Source: Asterionella formosa
Taxonomy: Eukaryota
DNA length: 63,907 nt
Assembly (NCBI GenBank): GCA_002256025.1
Contig: NKIB01013115.1
Location: forward strand, 1-63,907
Direction of reading: 5' to 3'
Of this stretch, positions 1 through 11,937 are shown in pieces. A program made the position numbers and the translations under genes. The stretch's first letter is position 1. Every line of letters starts with the position of its first letter. Below the pieces are notes generated by a model. It was given only the letters and a program-made list of their open reading frames with translations, was not told the DNA's origin and made no database searches.

Positions 1-275
1 TTTGTCGTTGTTGCAAGAATCAGAGTGAGGACTGGAGAGGATGATGAGCCAAACCACATTACTTTCACTGGTACATTCTCCTACCAAGAAATTTAAATAA
101 AGGAACCTAAAAGAAACAATACATATAATAATTGAATTTCCATAGTCAAAAGGGTTACTATTTAAATTACGAGGGCATTTATCACAATTATTAGATGATG
201 TAACGAAAAATTATGATCAGATGATCATAATCCTATGATGCATCGTGGAAATATGATGGTTTTTATTTGCAGACG
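1..275 (-). mobile_element. Left end of a CGTCTGCAAATAAAA-TIR DNA transposon copy (reverse orientation, cut by window edge)
   Basis: 1-275 is the reverse complement (with scattered mismatches) of 3457-3735 and is similar to 23538-~23800; it ends in TTTTATTTGCAGACG at 261-275. Confidence 0.85.
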
Positions 276-380
276 TGCCCAGCATTATCACCAAGAGGAT
301 CGCTGCCAAACACAGCTGAAACCAAAGGGATACATGAATCCTTGGCTCACATTATTCAATAAATCTTTATGGCCCGGAGC

Positions 381-552
381 AACAAGCAAATTATAAACAC
401 CTGTTGACACAATCACGACAATACCATATGCCGCCGGACACAGAGAAACTTTTTACCAAATAATATTCTACTACTATTGTGTGCTATATAATTAATTTCA
501 TACCCTGTTGGTTTTACTGCTGTCTGGTACCAGGTACCAGCCAGGTACTAGC
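381..552. repeat. ~170-bp direct repeat, copy 1 (copy 2 at ~1694-1873)
   Basis: Near-identical text acacct(g/a)ttgacacaatca...ggacacagagaaact...gtctggtaccaggtaccagccagg at both sites. Confidence 0.85.
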
Positions 553-1693
553 TGTTGGCTGCCCGGTAGAAATCCATGCATGGGTTTTTCAACATACATA
601 TGTATTGGTCATACATATTTCCACCATACTGTGCCTGTTCACTATTGAATGACTTTCCTTACCTGGGTCACGTTGTAATATTTCTCTACTACTCCCCTTC
701 ATTCAAGCTGTTAATCAATGTATGGTGTTTGTCACAAGATTTCCTAGGTTTGCTGTGGAATCAATCTGAAATTTGAACAAATACGGAGAAGTATCTCATC
801 AATTCATTTGCCTGATTTCTGTGATGCAATAAGCTCTCCTTTCTGCTATTCTGATGCCATGGGACATATCTCCCCCATCTGCGGTGTTCCAGTGATAAGT
901 GGCTGATGAAAAGAAGAAAGATATCCAAGAACACAGTCTCCCTTTTATCATAGGAGTGTAGGGTTCTTGTACATGTTGGCAAAGGAAGTCTTTGGTTGTT
1001 GGGAGAGTAAAATAATAGATAAAAACCCCATGTTATGGTACTCTTGTTGGTGCTGTGAGCATCTGTGCAGACTAGATCCAGCAGGATTCCCCCCCCCCCA
1101 TTTGAGAGAATCGGCAAGCCAGGGTTGACGATGCTTGGTAGATGGGAAGACATGCTGGGGTGTGGCAACACAGGAAGGTGGCTAGTAGATGTGAAGGCAA
1201 ACAGTGAAAGGAGGATGCAGCCAGGAGATGGGGTGTATGGTAAGGCCAGGTGTTGAATGAGAGGAAGAAGGTCGAGGAGAAGGGTGAGTGAGTGCTACCC
1301 CTATTTAGACTCTTATGAGTGTAATGAGTGCCCCTTTTTACACTCTTATGGGCGTCGTGAGTGGCTTTTTAAAACTCGATACCGAGTAAGGTGTGTGTGT
1401 GTGTAAGGGGCCAGAATCAGTCAGAACCTCTGTTCGGAAAGTGGTGGGGAGTGCAGTTCCAGGTCGATTCACACTGGGATCGAGTGCAGGGGACAGTACA
1501 AAAGGCGTTCAATGGCCAAGAGCAACTGTATGCAAGCAAAAAAACGTTCAACGGTCAACTTTACTTGTGTGGCATTCAACGGCCAATGATTTGTTCTGTC
1601 AACAGCCGCCACTGTAGGGGGCGAGCCCTTCGCAGGGGTATGATGTTCCAAGGAGCGGGGGTACACGAGAGTGGTAAGGTCCGATAAACTACT

Positions 1694-1873
1694 AGCAAGC
1701 AAAATATAAAACACCTATTGACACAATCATGATGATACCATATGCTGCCGGACACAGAGAAACTATTTACCAAATAAGATTCTACTACTATTGTGTGCTA
1801 TATAATTAATTTCATACCCTGTTGGCTTTACTGCTGTCTGGTACCAGGTACCAGGTACCAGCCAGGTTATAGC
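1694..1873. repeat. ~175-bp direct repeat, copy 2
   Basis: Matches 381-552 and has one extra ccaggta unit. Confidence 0.85.
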
Positions 1874-3105
1874 AGTAAATACCAATAAAGAATAGCATGA
1901 ATGATGTACTATGGTACAATTGATACAATTGGTACAAGCTAATGCAATTAGACTGCTGCTGTGGCCGCTGCGGTTGCCTTCCCATCACATCATTGATAGT
2001 AATCGAACTTCGTTTCATTGCATTGTTTATCATTTCGTGTAACCATACTGCATCAGTGATATCAATACCAATCAAAGTTGATATGGAACACAACAAGAAC
2101 ATTCAGAATGACAAAGAGGATAGTCTATTTGGGTTTACACTAGAAGACATCTTAACATCGAGGAAGAAATGATTGAAACGACTCATTGAATCGGTTGACA
2201 ACACATGTCTGTTTCCTTCCAAATCTGATGATTTCGAGAAGGTTTACAATTCTACAGAAAAAAGAGTTCATATGTTAATTCCATAGTTGCCCCAATGCAT
2301 TTATCAGAGAGGTCACATTGTTGTTATGGTTAGCTAGGTATTTCCATCAATGACAGTGTATTCCTTCCGCAATATACTGAAGCTTATGTGATACTAACTT
2401 TGAAAGAAAGAATAAATAGGTTCATATCTGTTACAAAGACACTGGTTGGTCCTCAGAGGGAGATGGTATCTTAAATTGGATTAAAAATGGCAAAGTTCCA
2501 TGGCATGAAACATTATCCTCATTCGATTCAAAAATTTGGTTCACCTCTTTATTTTTTCGGTGGCTATTTGGAATCTTTTCGAAAAGATAAATTGAAACGT
2601 CCGAGTAAACGTGTAAACAGACAACTTCATCGTCTCAAGCAGCCATGATATTTTGATAGGATCCTACGAAACAAGACAATTTTCCCTCGCACGCAAAATT
2701 GTATTTGATAACTATTCCGAACAGGATGTTAGAAAAAATATTCGTGGTTGGCACTCAAGAAATTATCTGATCAGACATAAAAAATATTGTCAGTTAGCCA
2801 CAAAAGTTATGTGGGTTTCTAAAAAAATGTGGAAGTTGTTGAAACTATTTTAGTTCACTCTTATCATATATATTATGTGATGTCATACCCTTAAATTATG
2901 TACGTAGCAAAATTTGTCATATTGGGCCACCGAAATAATTCATTTGGGTGATCACATTGTGGCGGCTGTACCAATAATCGGCGTTGTGGATGTATCATTG
3001 AATTCATCATGGCCTGAATGGGTTCGACAATGGTAGTTGAGGTGGTTGTTTATGATGTACTGTGGTTTAACATGGATGACATGATTGACATCATCATCAT
3101 GTTCA

Positions 3106-5590
3106 TCATGTTCTGATGCTGTTGCTGTTGTTCCTGCATTTGCGCATCTGCATTGGAATAATATCATTCTTGTCAGCTTTTTGAAGCAATTGTGTTGAAA
3201 CTAGAGTCAATATTTTGTCGAGACTGTTTGACATAGGTTTATCCATTAGCTGAGGGGATACTACCATAGGACGAGGAAATCTTGCAATAGCAGAACTTGC
3301 AATAGTTGCTCCAGCAGAAATAGCAGGAGTTGTTTCAGGAGTGGAACGAGGAGGAGTACTACTATCCGAAGTTTCAAACGCTTCAGCATTGTCTTGACTG
3401 TCCTCAAGTACCATGAATTCATCCTCGACATTTTTGCCATCTTCTTTCCCAAGGTCCGTCTGCAAATAAAACCCATCATATTCCTATGATGCATCATAGG
3501 ATTATGATCATCTGATCATACTTTTTCGTTATATCATCTAGCAAATAGTTTTGATAAATGCCCTCGTAATTTAAATAGTAACCCTTTTGATTATGGAATT
3601 TTAATTATGATATATATTGTTTCTTTTAGGTTCCTTTATTTAAATTTCTTGGTAGAATAATGAACCAGTTAAAGTAATGTGGTTTGGCTCATCATCCTCT
3701 CCAGTCCTCACTCTGATTCTTGCAACAACGACAAAAAAGTAGCCATGTCGAGAGGAACGAGAGTTTGTGATAAAATCTTCATTTGTCGTTCAAGTCATCA
3801 TATGTCTTCGATGAATCATCATCTACAGTGCACAGTATGTTTGTATGCAATCCGTTAAGAGATTGAAAAGAAATCCAATGAAAACGAAATGGCTCATCAC
3901 ACAAGACGAATATTTCCGGCCGGTCTGTCACCAGAGCATCGATCAGTGTTACAACCTCAATCATAGCTAAACAACATCCATTATAGAACAGCACAATCTA
4001 CTTCTCTGTAACATCGTCTCTCTAACAAGAACGTAATACAGCATCTAGAATTGAAATGCAGCATAGCAGGCGATATGCACAAAGAATCATGAGAATGTCT
4101 ATTTTTAGTACTAACAGAGTGATTCTGGTTTCGTAATTTTCATGTCTCATTAGATTTTCTTTATCATCGTACTAGTTCCTTACCTTTGAAGAAAGGAGCG
4201 TATTATTTGATGTATCTGGAATGGTTCAATGTATGGCATCAGTTGGATTTAGATAATGATAATGGTGGACAAAAAGGTTTTGTAAGTTACAAACAACAGC
4301 AGCATTGAAGCCCATTTATTGATCGATACTTTCTTATTCAATCTTCAACTGACACATTCTTTTACAGAAATATGCATCAGTTACTTCCTCAATTTGTGGC
4401 AAGTGAAGATAGAAGCGAAATGCATGTTGTTGCTTAAGCAAAACATGAACAGCTAACAATCATGAATTGCTTCTCTTTGTTAGTATGGCTGATTGGAACA
4501 ACGAAACGGATTAAATAGAAATAAGAAATGCGTGAATGCAAACTCAGATCCGTCAGGAGTAAATGGAACAAAGCAGGGGAACAACAGCAAGGCAACCAGT
4601 ACTACTACAACAAACTTCAGAATTGGATTGGGGGGAAGGTATAAGTGAAAGCTGAAGCACCAATCATTGCGATGAGAGCATTGTAGAACATTCTGTAGCC
4701 ACTCAAGATATAGAAACATAGAACCATTCTTAAATATAGTTCTTAATTTCGATCCTATTTTAGGCAGTGATATCGATGAGAATTACGATCATGCTAAGAT
4801 AGCAGATGCATGGCAAAAGTATACACATCATAGGACCATGTTTAACTAATTATATGATGCAATGGCATTATAGCTATGATAGTATCATCATACTTCAAGC
4901 TCGGTAAAAGTTTACTGCATGATCATAATTATATGATACATTGATCATATTTTTGATCAAAAAACTATCATATATGCAAAAATCCTGTGCCACTTAGCGT
5001 ATGATACCCTTGATCCTATATTCATGATAGTTTTTATTTGCAGACATCTGTAGAATCAACTTCACCACTAGCATCCGCACTTCCTCTATTTTCGGATTAC
5101 TTACTTAGCATATCGGTCCTCAACAGGACACCATGTTGGGTCACCAGTTGGTATTTTCACTTTATGCAGTTGTGCATACTCTCGCCAAATTGAAGTTCCA
5201 GCCCAATCCTTGTCTGGAAATTTTTTCATTGTGCTGAAATGCTACACATTCCCATTCATGTGATCCAATTGGAAGACGTGTCAGAACAGTGTCCAACAAT
5301 GACATGACCTGGTTCAACCTAAACTGCTGCCCCCAACTCAGCAGGTTGCAGCGGGCCATTGGAAATGTTGGTGGTTGACCTCGCCTGCTATTGATACTCA
5401 CAGTTGTCCTTTTTATAACTCTTTGTACGGTTTCACTTGCATTGTGATGCAACGAATTACTGCCATTTTTCCTTGATGAAAAATGAGAGACACCAATCAG
5501 AGAGCCACCAGAGGCATCAGCCCTGCTGTAATCATCACTGGCGCCTTCATCGGCATCATCTTCTTTCTCTTCCTCATCTTGGGATTGCAA
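3106..5590 (-). pseudogene. Myb/SANT-like (DUF6818-type, TE-associated) gene relic interrupted by the 3457-5046 element
   Basis: Manual translation across a frameshift gives LPIGSHEWECVAFQHNEK-FPDKDWAGTSIWREYAQLHKVKIPTGDPTWCPVEDRYAK, i.e. the LPxG..EW...PTGDPxCP pattern. Removing the element and one TC copy restores EVDSTDLGKEDGK in frame. Confidence 0.6.
3457..5046 (+). mobile_element. Non-autonomous 1.6-kb TIR DNA transposon (CMC/CACTA-Plavaka-like by 2-bp TSD)
   Basis: Ends are CGTCTGCAAATAAAA (3457) and TTTTATTTGCAGACA (5046), flanked by TC on both sides. Subterminal regions are rich in ATGATCAT-type motifs. Both ends are shared with the 23538-32248 element. Confidence 0.8.
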
Positions 5591-6944
5591 CTCCTGTTCC
5601 TTCTCAAGACGGCGATGTTCTCGCAGCCTTGGGGAAGAAGGGACACCCTCTCTGGCTGGTCTGCCTCCTTTGCCCGCCGGAAGAGGATGATGACATCATC
5701 ACAATGATCTAAAACAGAACAACGATGTACATAAGGCTGATTGATGTGAACATATATATGCATATTACCATCCATATTACCATCAGGTACCTATTTTGGC
5801 GAGAGCAAGCCATTTCAGGTACTATGAGCATGCAAGTCATGAAATATTCTGGGAAATCATATGTAGTCATACATGGATAGACATATTTCTATATTTTGCA
5901 CTGATATTTCTAACTGTAAAAAAATTTGTGTTTGTGTTGACCAAATTTTGGGATCATGAGTACAGTAATTTAGGTTATGATATATTAATCATTTTTATAG
6001 CACATTTTATACACATGATATAATATTTTTTTAATTTCAAAGCAAAGTTTGATTTAAAAAACTTATCTGGTCGTGAATTAATTAAAACATAATCTGTTGT
6101 ACTCATAACTGCAAATGTTTTTGTGGTGACCCAAATTTGGTACTCCCTCTGTCTAGTAACGCATCGATTCGCCGGCACCACCAGTGTCTTTACTGTTCGC
6201 ATATGAAGGGTCATGTAGCCATCATACCATATTACTACGTGAGGGTCAGCTTACTCGAAAAATGCGTTTTTTATGCGTTACATAGACCTGAACAAATACC
6301 TGGTTTCTGTAATTAAACTATTAGCATTTAAATAAATGAATCGAAACCAATTTAACATACGCATATTCATTGCATTCATGTACATATTGTCAACTGCTGT
6401 TTCACATCGACCGGCTATTCAAATATTTGCGGGAAACCAACTACAACAAGCCACTATCATAATTATAACATGAATAGAATAATTGTCGTTCGGCATACTT
6501 TCTACGGTTGTTGTATCTACATGGACCATGCCACCGGATGTTTAACAGTTACAATCCTCAGAACGAGCATACCGTCGTTTTCTTACTTTCTATCATCACC
6601 ACTTTTGGGTTTACACATTCCATAATTGAACGCAAGTTGCCGTTGTTCTACTGTTATATAAAAATGGGTCCTCATGCATCTGCATTTTGCTCGAGATGAG
6701 CAAAAGTGGAAGTCGAAAAAGCCGAAAAACGTTTTGTTGAAATGTAGTTGCCAATTTTAATCTTTCTATTTATTATATTTACATGGATCCGTAGCTTTGA
6801 GCAGGCTACACCATAGGGCTATTGAGCCGGAGAAAGTCGTACGAGTCAAAATGGCCCCGGATAAATTCGAATTATCGATGCAACTGTTACTAGACAGAGG
6901 GAGTACCGGTAACAGGTAGGAGTAGTACTGGCACCAAGGGTGTA

Positions 6945-7001
6945 CCAGCAGGGATAAAGATGGCTAATCTTTAGTTTCAGCAAAATACCGCAACTCGAAG
7001 G
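6945..7001. mobile_element. Degenerate 57-bp pogo-family MITE
   Basis: TA|CCAGCAGGGATAAAGAT...AAATACCGCAACTCGAAGG|TA, similar to the 18349-18432 MITE. Another left end, TA|CCAGCAAGTTGCGG, is at 7195. Confidence 0.6.
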
Positions 7002-8701
7002 TAGTTGGAGTACCAGGCACCTTGTACCTACAGGGGAAGCAAATCAGTGGTGAGCACCAGGTACTGCTACCATACCATACGTAGACAGGTACAAGGACCT
7101 GGAAGATAAGGTTAAACACGTTTTGTACTTGAAAAAATTTAATCTACATACCGGTATCTCGATTCTCGGACCTTCCTGGTACCTGGTACCGGTACCAGCA
7201 AGTTGCGGTAAAGATAGTGACAATCAAATATAAAAAAAGAAATATTTAGCCCCCAATCATATCTTGGAATATTCGATTCAAATGTGCTGGCCTGCTCGAA
7301 ACTGAACTACCGGTATGGTAGATTCGGCAAGCTCGTTTTACGACTTGATTTCCCATTATTTTCTTCCGTTGATTCGAAATGGTTACCGAGGTACCAGGTA
7401 CCTTGTACCCTGGTACGGTTACCCTTCCAGGTACCTGGTACAGCCAGGTAACCTATTGTAACAAGTGTACCGGTACTGGCAATTGCCATATATATATACA
7501 TAGATCATTGTGAGTACAGACTGGAATTGTTTGGAGGGGTTCCGGCAGCCTACCGGGTATGTATTATCCTGTCTACTCCGTCAGTTTTCTGGAATCGGGC
7601 ACCAGTATGCTCACTTGGCTAGGTCGCGTGGTGCACTGCTCTCGGAGTCGTCGACCGGCTACCGGTATCGAAGATATTGAATCCCTCGGCGTTTCTACAT
7701 GGGTTCGGCATCAACCATTTGTAACTGCGACAACATATTGCTTAATTGATTTTATGATACATGCTGGCCAACTCGCCAAGCCCCCGCCGACAAGACAAAA
7801 TTTCCAAAGGTTGGGATGATCACATCTACTTTCACAAACTATCCATACTTGAATATAAATAAGTTTCTGTGATCTTTGAAAAATGGGATTGCATCGGTTT
7901 GACGGACACAAAAACTTTAATTCCCGTTTGAACCCCGAGATTGACGCTGGCCATTCCCTTCGAGCAAACCATTTGTATTGTCGGTAGGCCAGCTCGCAAA
8001 GGTCGCCGTCCTAAACCCCGAGCCTACCAAGATTCATTTCCCGGCAATTCAATTTTCAGGTCCTAAGTATAAAATTTCAATTCTCTGAAAACCAATCCAA
8101 AGCAGTGTGATATATCTGTCATTGTAGAAAAATCAAACCAACTCTGTGCCGCGAAAATAAAATGTTTAGAAACGACCACGCCAGCGCTGTCGTTGTGCAT
8201 GCACCTCGATGGGTTTATTTCACACTGGGTTCCGGTTTATGTGCACGCAGCGTAACATGCAAGTGAGTTGAATCATCTTATATCTCATAATAATGAGTTT
8301 GGTCCTCTAACACCGACTCTCACCCTTGATCTAGGTATGGCCATGGTTGACCTCTTTGAAGGAATCGTAGTACTGTGAAGGCAACGGCGACTGACTTCGC
8401 AATGTGGCACGAGCAATGGTGTTTATGATGAACAGAATTCAAGCCCTTAGCGTTCTTGTATTTGGTGGCGGTACTGTGGGCCGATTCGATTTGTTGGGTC
8501 AAAGTGAAGTGTATAGTACTCTTCGTTTTAAGGTGGAGTCTCTTTGGCATCATTTGACATGCTCACTTCTCAGCATCCTGCTATCCTTACTCTACCAATG
8601 CCACATGCTACCGGTTTAATGCTCGTTCCAAGACCTAAAGCAATATGTCTCTCACACGCTTCGACTTTTCTCCTCCCCAGGCAGTAGTAGCGTTGCCTAA
8701 G

Positions 8702-9661
8702 ATGAAAATCTCAAATGCTGTGTTTCTCGTTTCGGCGATTTTGTCCCTGTGTCTGGTACACTCTGAGACTACATTGAGAATAAATGACGTTCGAGAACTG
8801 CAGGACTACACCTCCGACTCAGGTGGTATGTACGGTGGTGACGGATATGCAGATGAGGTAGCATACATATCGTCTGATTCCAAGTCTGGTTCCAAGTCTG
8901 GTTCCAAGTCTGGTTCCAAGTCTGGTTCCAAGTCTGGTTCCAAGTCTGGTTCCAAGTCTGGTTCCAAGTCTAAGGCTGGTATGCCAGAAGCTGCTCCTTA
9001 CCCATACCCCAAACCTGTTGCTGCCCCTTACCCATACCCCAAGCCAGTTGATGCTCCCTATGAAGCACCTGTTGCCGTATCAAAGGGCTCCAAGGGAAGC
9101 AAGGGCTCCAAGGGAAGCAAGGGCTCCAAGGGAAGCAAGGGCTCCAAGGGAAGCAAGGGAGAAGGATGTGATGAAGGCTCCACGGGTGGAAAGGGCAAGG
9201 GTGGAAAGGGCAAGGGTGGTTCTAAGGGAGATTCCAAGGGTGGCTCCAAGGGAGAAGGATGCCCTGAACCAGTATCACCGGTTGCACCTCCAATGAAGTA
9301 CCCTGTTGCACCTCCTGTGAAGTACCCCGTAGCACCTCCTGTCGAATACCCCGTTGAATATCCTGGTTCCAAGTCTGGTTCCAAGTCTGGTTCCAAGTCT
9401 GGTTCCAAGTCTGGTTCCAAGTCTGGTTCCAAGTCTGGTTCCAAGTCTGGTCCTGTGGCAGCTCCTATGAAGTACCCTGTCTCCTACCCTGTGGGATACC
9501 CCGTTGAATATCCTGGTTCCAAGTCTGGCTCCAAGTCTGGCTCCAAGTCTGGCTCCAAGTCTGGCTCCAAGTCTGGTCCTAATCCTGCACCAAAACCAGT
9601 AGCCTACCCAAGTTACCCAAAGCCGCAGTCCCAGCCAGTTGCGATTCCTTATCGCCAATAG
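8702..9661 (+). CDS. Secreted silaffin/cingulin-like Ser/Lys/Gly/Pro/Tyr-rich protein (gene A, 319 aa)
   Basis: Signal peptide MKISNAVFLVSAILSLCLVHS, RXL motif (VRELQ), (SKSG)n, (SKG)n and GKGKGG blocks, and [14 protein letters not shown] repeats. The start at 8702 (not 8645) was chosen by homology with the MKISN starts of genes B and C. Confidence 0.85.
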   Translation: MKISNAVFLVSAILSLCLVHSETTLRINDVRELQDYTSDSGGMYGGDGYADEVAYISSDSKSGSKSGSKSGSKSGSKSGSKSGSKSGSKSKAGMPEAAPYPYPKPVAAPYPYPKPVDAPYEAPVAVSKGSKGSKGSKGSKGSKGSKGSKGSKGEGCDEGSTGGKGKGGKGKGGSKGDSKGGSKGEGCPEPVSPVAPPMKYPVAPPVKYPVAPPVEYPVEYPGSKSGSKSGSKSGSKSGSKSGSKSGSKSGPVAAPMKYPVSYPVGYPVEYPGSKSGSKSGSKSGSKSGSKSGPNPAPKPVAYPSYPKPQSQPVAIPYRQ

Positions 9662-11003
9662 AAGCTGATGACTCTCCTGACTTGTGAGTGACGGTGTAGC
9701 CCCTTTCGCGCTGAGGTGTTGGGTATCCCTCGTTGGGTAAGGCAAAGTACCTTACTGTTGCCAACGAAATCGATATTCAGCTGTATAAGCTTCGGGACAG
9801 TGATGCGGCATGCTAGCCATTGTGTGTTTGTATAAGATGAAAAGTGTTTTGTTGTTGCCTGAAAAGGATAAGCACTTTTTAGAAGCAAGCCATGTATGTT
9901 TGTACTGTATCAACTCAGGTGTTTGTTGTTGCCTGAAAAAGGATAAACACCCATGATATTAATTTGAGCTAAATATTAAACTTTCTAGTTTTACTTTTAC
10001 TTGTTTTAAGCCCTTCTAGGAACAGGCTTGGAACTTCAGAGGGCGAATAGTTTCACCTGCAGGGATACTTTTACTTTTTTAAGCCCTTCTAGGAATAGGC
10101 TTGGAACTTCAGAGGGCGAATAGTTACACCTGCAGGGAACTGTGCGATTGTGATCGGTTTCTCTCATGGTGTAGGGTGTCTTGAAGGAAAAATAGTACAT
10201 CACATGATCAATGGACGTATTGCAAATGACGACTGCAATCATTGGAACCTTTGCTTTTGTTATAGTGAATATCCTAACATACCCCATTATAGTCCAAGGG
10301 TGTGTGCTCACCTCACCCCCTATTCTCATATATGCAAACTTGGGATCGCACTTTAGCATGATGGGAACAAAGTATTCCAAGTCCTATCTATCTCGTCAGC
10401 TCAGCCAAGGGATTTTTCAGAATCGGAACTGAAAATTGGCCCACCAAAGCGTTCGTCAATGCTTCCTCCTTCCCTCTGGTCAGTTGAGGGCTTTTGAGAA
10501 GCCAAAAAAAAACCAAAATGAAGCTACGGTATGCTGAATAACGGCGCCCGTCCAATATGACTTACTATCGAGTTCAAGGGAATATCATAAAAATGGGACA
10601 GTGACTGGAAGAAATCATTATATATACAACTTTGGACCCTTTCTAATAAAAAAAAATCATGACATTCCGATGAATGGAGGTTCATTCCCTGTCCAGCAAC
10701 AATGTCTAGTTTAACTGAATATGTAGCAATTCAACAGGGGGCATGGACCACCAAAACTTGGGTACAGGGTTTTGCATGGTTAGTTGATGATGCTTCCGAC
10801 GACGATCAGTTGACGAGACCAAAACCACGGCGAACCAGATCGGAAAACATGAGCGACAGAAGATTCCTCTCATGAACGATACCTTGCCCATTATGAAACA
10901 ACAATCTCGAGTTCTGTTTTCAACGAGACAACAGGTCAACACACTTGCGTCGTTGAAATCAACAAGGGTACTGGTAATCCCTTACCTTTTCTTTCTGCCA
11001 CTA
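9662..11003. repeat. Segmental duplication: gene A downstream region, matching gene B downstream region 14552-16404
   Basis: Collinear blocks 9662-9950/14552-14840 and 10290-11003/15650-16404. Similarity ends at ttctgccactact. Confidence 0.9.
9688..9800 (+). promoter_or_regulatory. Conserved structured 3'-UTR element of gene A
   Basis: Nested stems CTGAGG/CTTCGG, GTTGGGTATC/GATATTCAGC, TCGTTGG/CCAACGA and GTAAGG/CCTTAC. Homologues at 14577 and 36085 have pairing-preserving changes. Confidence 0.6.
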
Positions 11004-11937
11004 CTACTCCTGTGAACGTCTATGGTGGAGTGATGGGTTCGTACAAACAAGGATGGCAAATTCTGGAAAATGAACTAGAGAACGCGGCATTGCAATGTCT
11101 GCATGATACGGTTTCTTCATCAAAGCGCAACAACATTAGCTATTTGATGTCCCTCTGCTAACACAAGTGTATGACATACGTAGGGTTGACGTCAACATCA
11201 GGAACAGAATTCGACTTGCATGATTGGAAAGCTTGGCAAAGCAACGTACAGAGTTGATGATATACCAATATCCACGAGGAAGAGCGAACAGTGAGAATCG
11301 TTGGTATTACGTTACTATGTGTACTAGGTACCTACCCGGTAGTTGGATTGATGAGCATCGATCAGATAGAGTCGCTCACCTGAATGTCTTTGTTGACAGC
11401 TCACCTTTCTGAACGCACGTTGGGTATGCTGCTCACCTTGACATGGCGAGTGGAACACAATGCCTTTGCTATATTAGTGAATCACTTACTTGCAGGGAGC
11501 ACCGTGTATTGTGTAGGTATATCCCAAACTCTACATCTGACTTTCACGAGATCATTCGTTGTCGAATGATAGTTGTTGGTAGAATGCTCATCGCTTGTTA
11601 GATTATTGACGAGGACCTGACCTCACTACTTGGTTCGTCCATATGTAGAAGCCCATTTAGTTTTCCTGTGCTGGTATGTTCCGATCTATTTTTCTGTATA
11701 GATGTACCGGCAACATAGAAGCAAAGCAAATGAAATTGGAGTACCAGGTACTGGTAGACTACCTGATGATACCCGGTATAGGTGGATTAACACAAAAACA
11801 TACTGGTACATGGATGGACACATGACAGTGTAATAAGGTCACTGCTGGTGGGCGTGTGCTGTGCTTCCCCTTTTTATGGATCATGTGTGGGATTATAGGG
11901 TCCCCTACCAGGTACCCCCACCAGCCAGTTTTGATAT

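Noticed and set aside
381..1873. Direct repeats as LTRs of a TRIM element
   Set aside because: No clear TG...CA boundaries, PBS/PPT or TSD were found.
8645..8701. N-terminal extension of gene A from the upstream ATG
   Set aside because: Paralogues start at MKISN, and the extension would bury the signal peptide. The pyrimidine tract + CAG looks more like UTR or intron sequence.
8877..8971. 12-bp TCCAAGTCTGGT arrays (also 9368-9451 and 14335-14467) as CRISPR or non-coding satellite
   Set aside because: There are no spacers; they are in-frame SKSG codon repeats within the CDSs.
9665..9692. CTGATGA after the gene A stop as a hammerhead ribozyme core
   Set aside because: No GAAA after the putative stem II, and the motif is not conserved in B (CTTATGA) or C.
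9688..9800. 3' element as SECIS or TPP riboswitch
   Set aside because: No in-frame UGA in the genes, no conserved AUGA/GA quartet, and no TPP CUGAGA plus downstream core motifs.
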